Positions 62,170-64,000 of a stretch of DNA of 64,000 nucleotides are shown here, piece by piece (positions within the stretch are counted from its first letter, which is position 1; each line of letters opens with the position of its first letter). Both the position numbers and the translations under genes were made by a program. The notes beneath the pieces were generated by a model that had not been told where the DNA came from, did no database searches, and saw nothing but the letters and a program-made list of their open reading frames with translations. Source of the stretch: Convolutriloba macropyga (lineage: Eukaryota); assembly GCF_964194025.1 (NCBI RefSeq), contig NC_134469.1:51770001-51834000 (forward strand). The letters are read 5' to 3'.

Positions 62170-63160
62170 ATATCAAATGCCAGATATCGTGGATAATTCT
62201 GAATGTCTTTCGTGGCTTGAATTTTGACTAGTTTGTTCTTTAAAAACCTCACTATGTTTGGCAACAACTTTTTGTAAGGTAATTTTGTTGTGATTTATAT
62301 TTTCAATGTACAGTTTAGCATTGATAGCGTCCGGCATTAACAATTGCAGTGCTAAATTAAAAAAATGTTGACAATAATGCTTGCAGTCGTCCTCTGCTTC
62401 TTCTATGAGAGAGAGAGAGAGAGAAAGAAGTAATTTAGAATAGCTGTTTCTAATGATACAATAACTAAAAATGATATATGTAGAAACACAAATAGTTTAG
62501 TTGTTTTTTATTAAAGTTTAACTGGTCGGAGGTTCTCCAAAGCGGAAGTAACGCCATGTGATAGCTTGTTCGATAGTAACTGCTGTTGAACTGGCTCACA
62601 ATAATGCTTTCAATTGACTTTTGAAAACATTTAAACATACACCTGTATCTCGCACGTGCAATGGTAGCGAGCTCCACTTCAAAGAAACATGATTGAAAAG
62701 CCTTACGAATATCAAATTCGAGGTATCGTGGATAATTCTGAATGACATTCGCGGCTTGAGTTCCGACTAGTTTGATCTTTAATAACCTCACTGTTCTGCA
62801 AAAACTTTTTTAAGCGTAATTTGTTGTGATTTATATTTTTTATTTTACATTATAGCATTGATAGCGTCCCGCTTCAACAATTGCAGTGCTAAACAAAAAG
62901 GTGACGTCTTCTGCTTTTTCTATTAGAGAGAAAGAGAAACAGTAATTTTGTCTAGGAATAGCTTTTGCTAAAGGTACAATAACTAAATTTGATTTATGTA
63001 GAAACACAATAGTTTAGTTGTTTTTTATTCAAATTAAACTGGTCGGATGTCATCAGAAGTGGAAGTCACGCCATGTGATAGCTTGTTCGATAGTAACTGC
63101 TGTTGACCTGGCTCAAAATAATTGTTTTGCATTGGCTTTTGAATACATTTAAACACATAT
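62170..63160. repeat. Tandem duplication, ~540-bp period, each unit with a short (GA)n tract
   Basis: atcgtggataattctgaatg at ~62186 and ~62725; gccatgtgatagcttgttcgatagtaactgctgttga in both units. Confidence 0.88.
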
Positions 63161-64000
63161 TTGAATGATTGAAGAATGATTTCGAAGAGGATGAAACAAA
63201 CGAAAATTTCACTATAAAAATTATTTGGTCAGCGAATTTTTTAATCCTAAAATTGGCCGTAGGTATTTTAAGCTGTTTTTGGAAGGCACTTTAGATTTTC
63301 CTAATATATTGGAAGTGGTAAATTAAAATTTTCAAATCAATCAGCTGTCTGATACCAATTACTTTTTAGGTTTTCTTAATTCTTTTGACGAAGAGATACT
63401 AGAACAAAAAATACGCACTTCAAAGCCCAATTCAGCTGTCTCTCCGAAAAGCACCAAACCTGAACTGATTTTAGAAGGACATAAAGCAGAATACTATAAA
63501 TGACTATTGACAAATTCCTGAAACAGCAAATTGTTAAAATCGATATCCTATTTTTTGTAACTATAAAACAATAAAAAATCATTCGCATAATGCAAAAGTT
63601 TACCAGTTTTACTAACTTGCTCTGAGGGAAAGCTTGCCTTAGCTCAATGCAATTTCACTCAACTCCCATAGCAAAAAAGTGTTGCATAGAATTTGTCAGA
63701 AAAGATATTATGATATTATGACCTTCTAGGCGGAAAATCAAAAATTTGCAAAATGCTATTTAATCCACAGTATTTGAATTGATATCGAGTCGAAAGTTTT
63801 TTTTGACAAATCGAAGAAAAGGGCATTAACCAATTTTTTATTATCAATTTATTGTTGGACTATAAAAATAGAATAGAATCTTGTACTGATATCATACGTG
63901 GGAATCCGAATTGAAGCAGAGATAATAATTTCTTACTGTCAAAATAACTTGTGATTTATTAGCGCAGGTTTTTTTGCTAATATTCTAGTATTGTAGAAAA

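Overview
AT-rich, repeat-dense eukaryotic DNA (spliceosomal introns; animal-like by inference). All host genes I can model are on the minus strand. Right to left they are: (1) an intronless RRM+RS splicing-factor gene (57383-58171); (2) its paralog, a 3-coding-exon RRM + CCHC zinc-knuckle + RS gene (54605 to 38209, 297 aa, with a ~14.7-kb intron 2); (3) about 770 bp further on, a large domain-less gene (predicted exons 37417-37437, 30094-33592, 6977-7324, 1242-1418, 871-1008) that runs off the left edge. Introns and intergenic DNA hold a full-length, young but disabled Ty1/copia element (610-bp LTRs, GGATT target-site duplication, half-tRNAiMet primer site), a decayed CR1/L2-type LINE (esterase ORF1, 2A peptide + APE + RT ORF2), a second LINE RT fragment, a Penelope-like element, a probable Gypsy relic, and many non-autonomous DINE-1/Helentron-like elements (HINEs) from at least five families. 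The most unusual observations are a complete PHD finger in frame inside the RT core of the Penelope-like element, different tRNA-like cassettes at the same slot of one HINE family, a hydrophobic leader plus 2A peptide ahead of the LINE endonuclease, and an operon-like poly(A)-signal/acceptor junction between genes. Gene models rest on splice signals and phase only; no searches were run.
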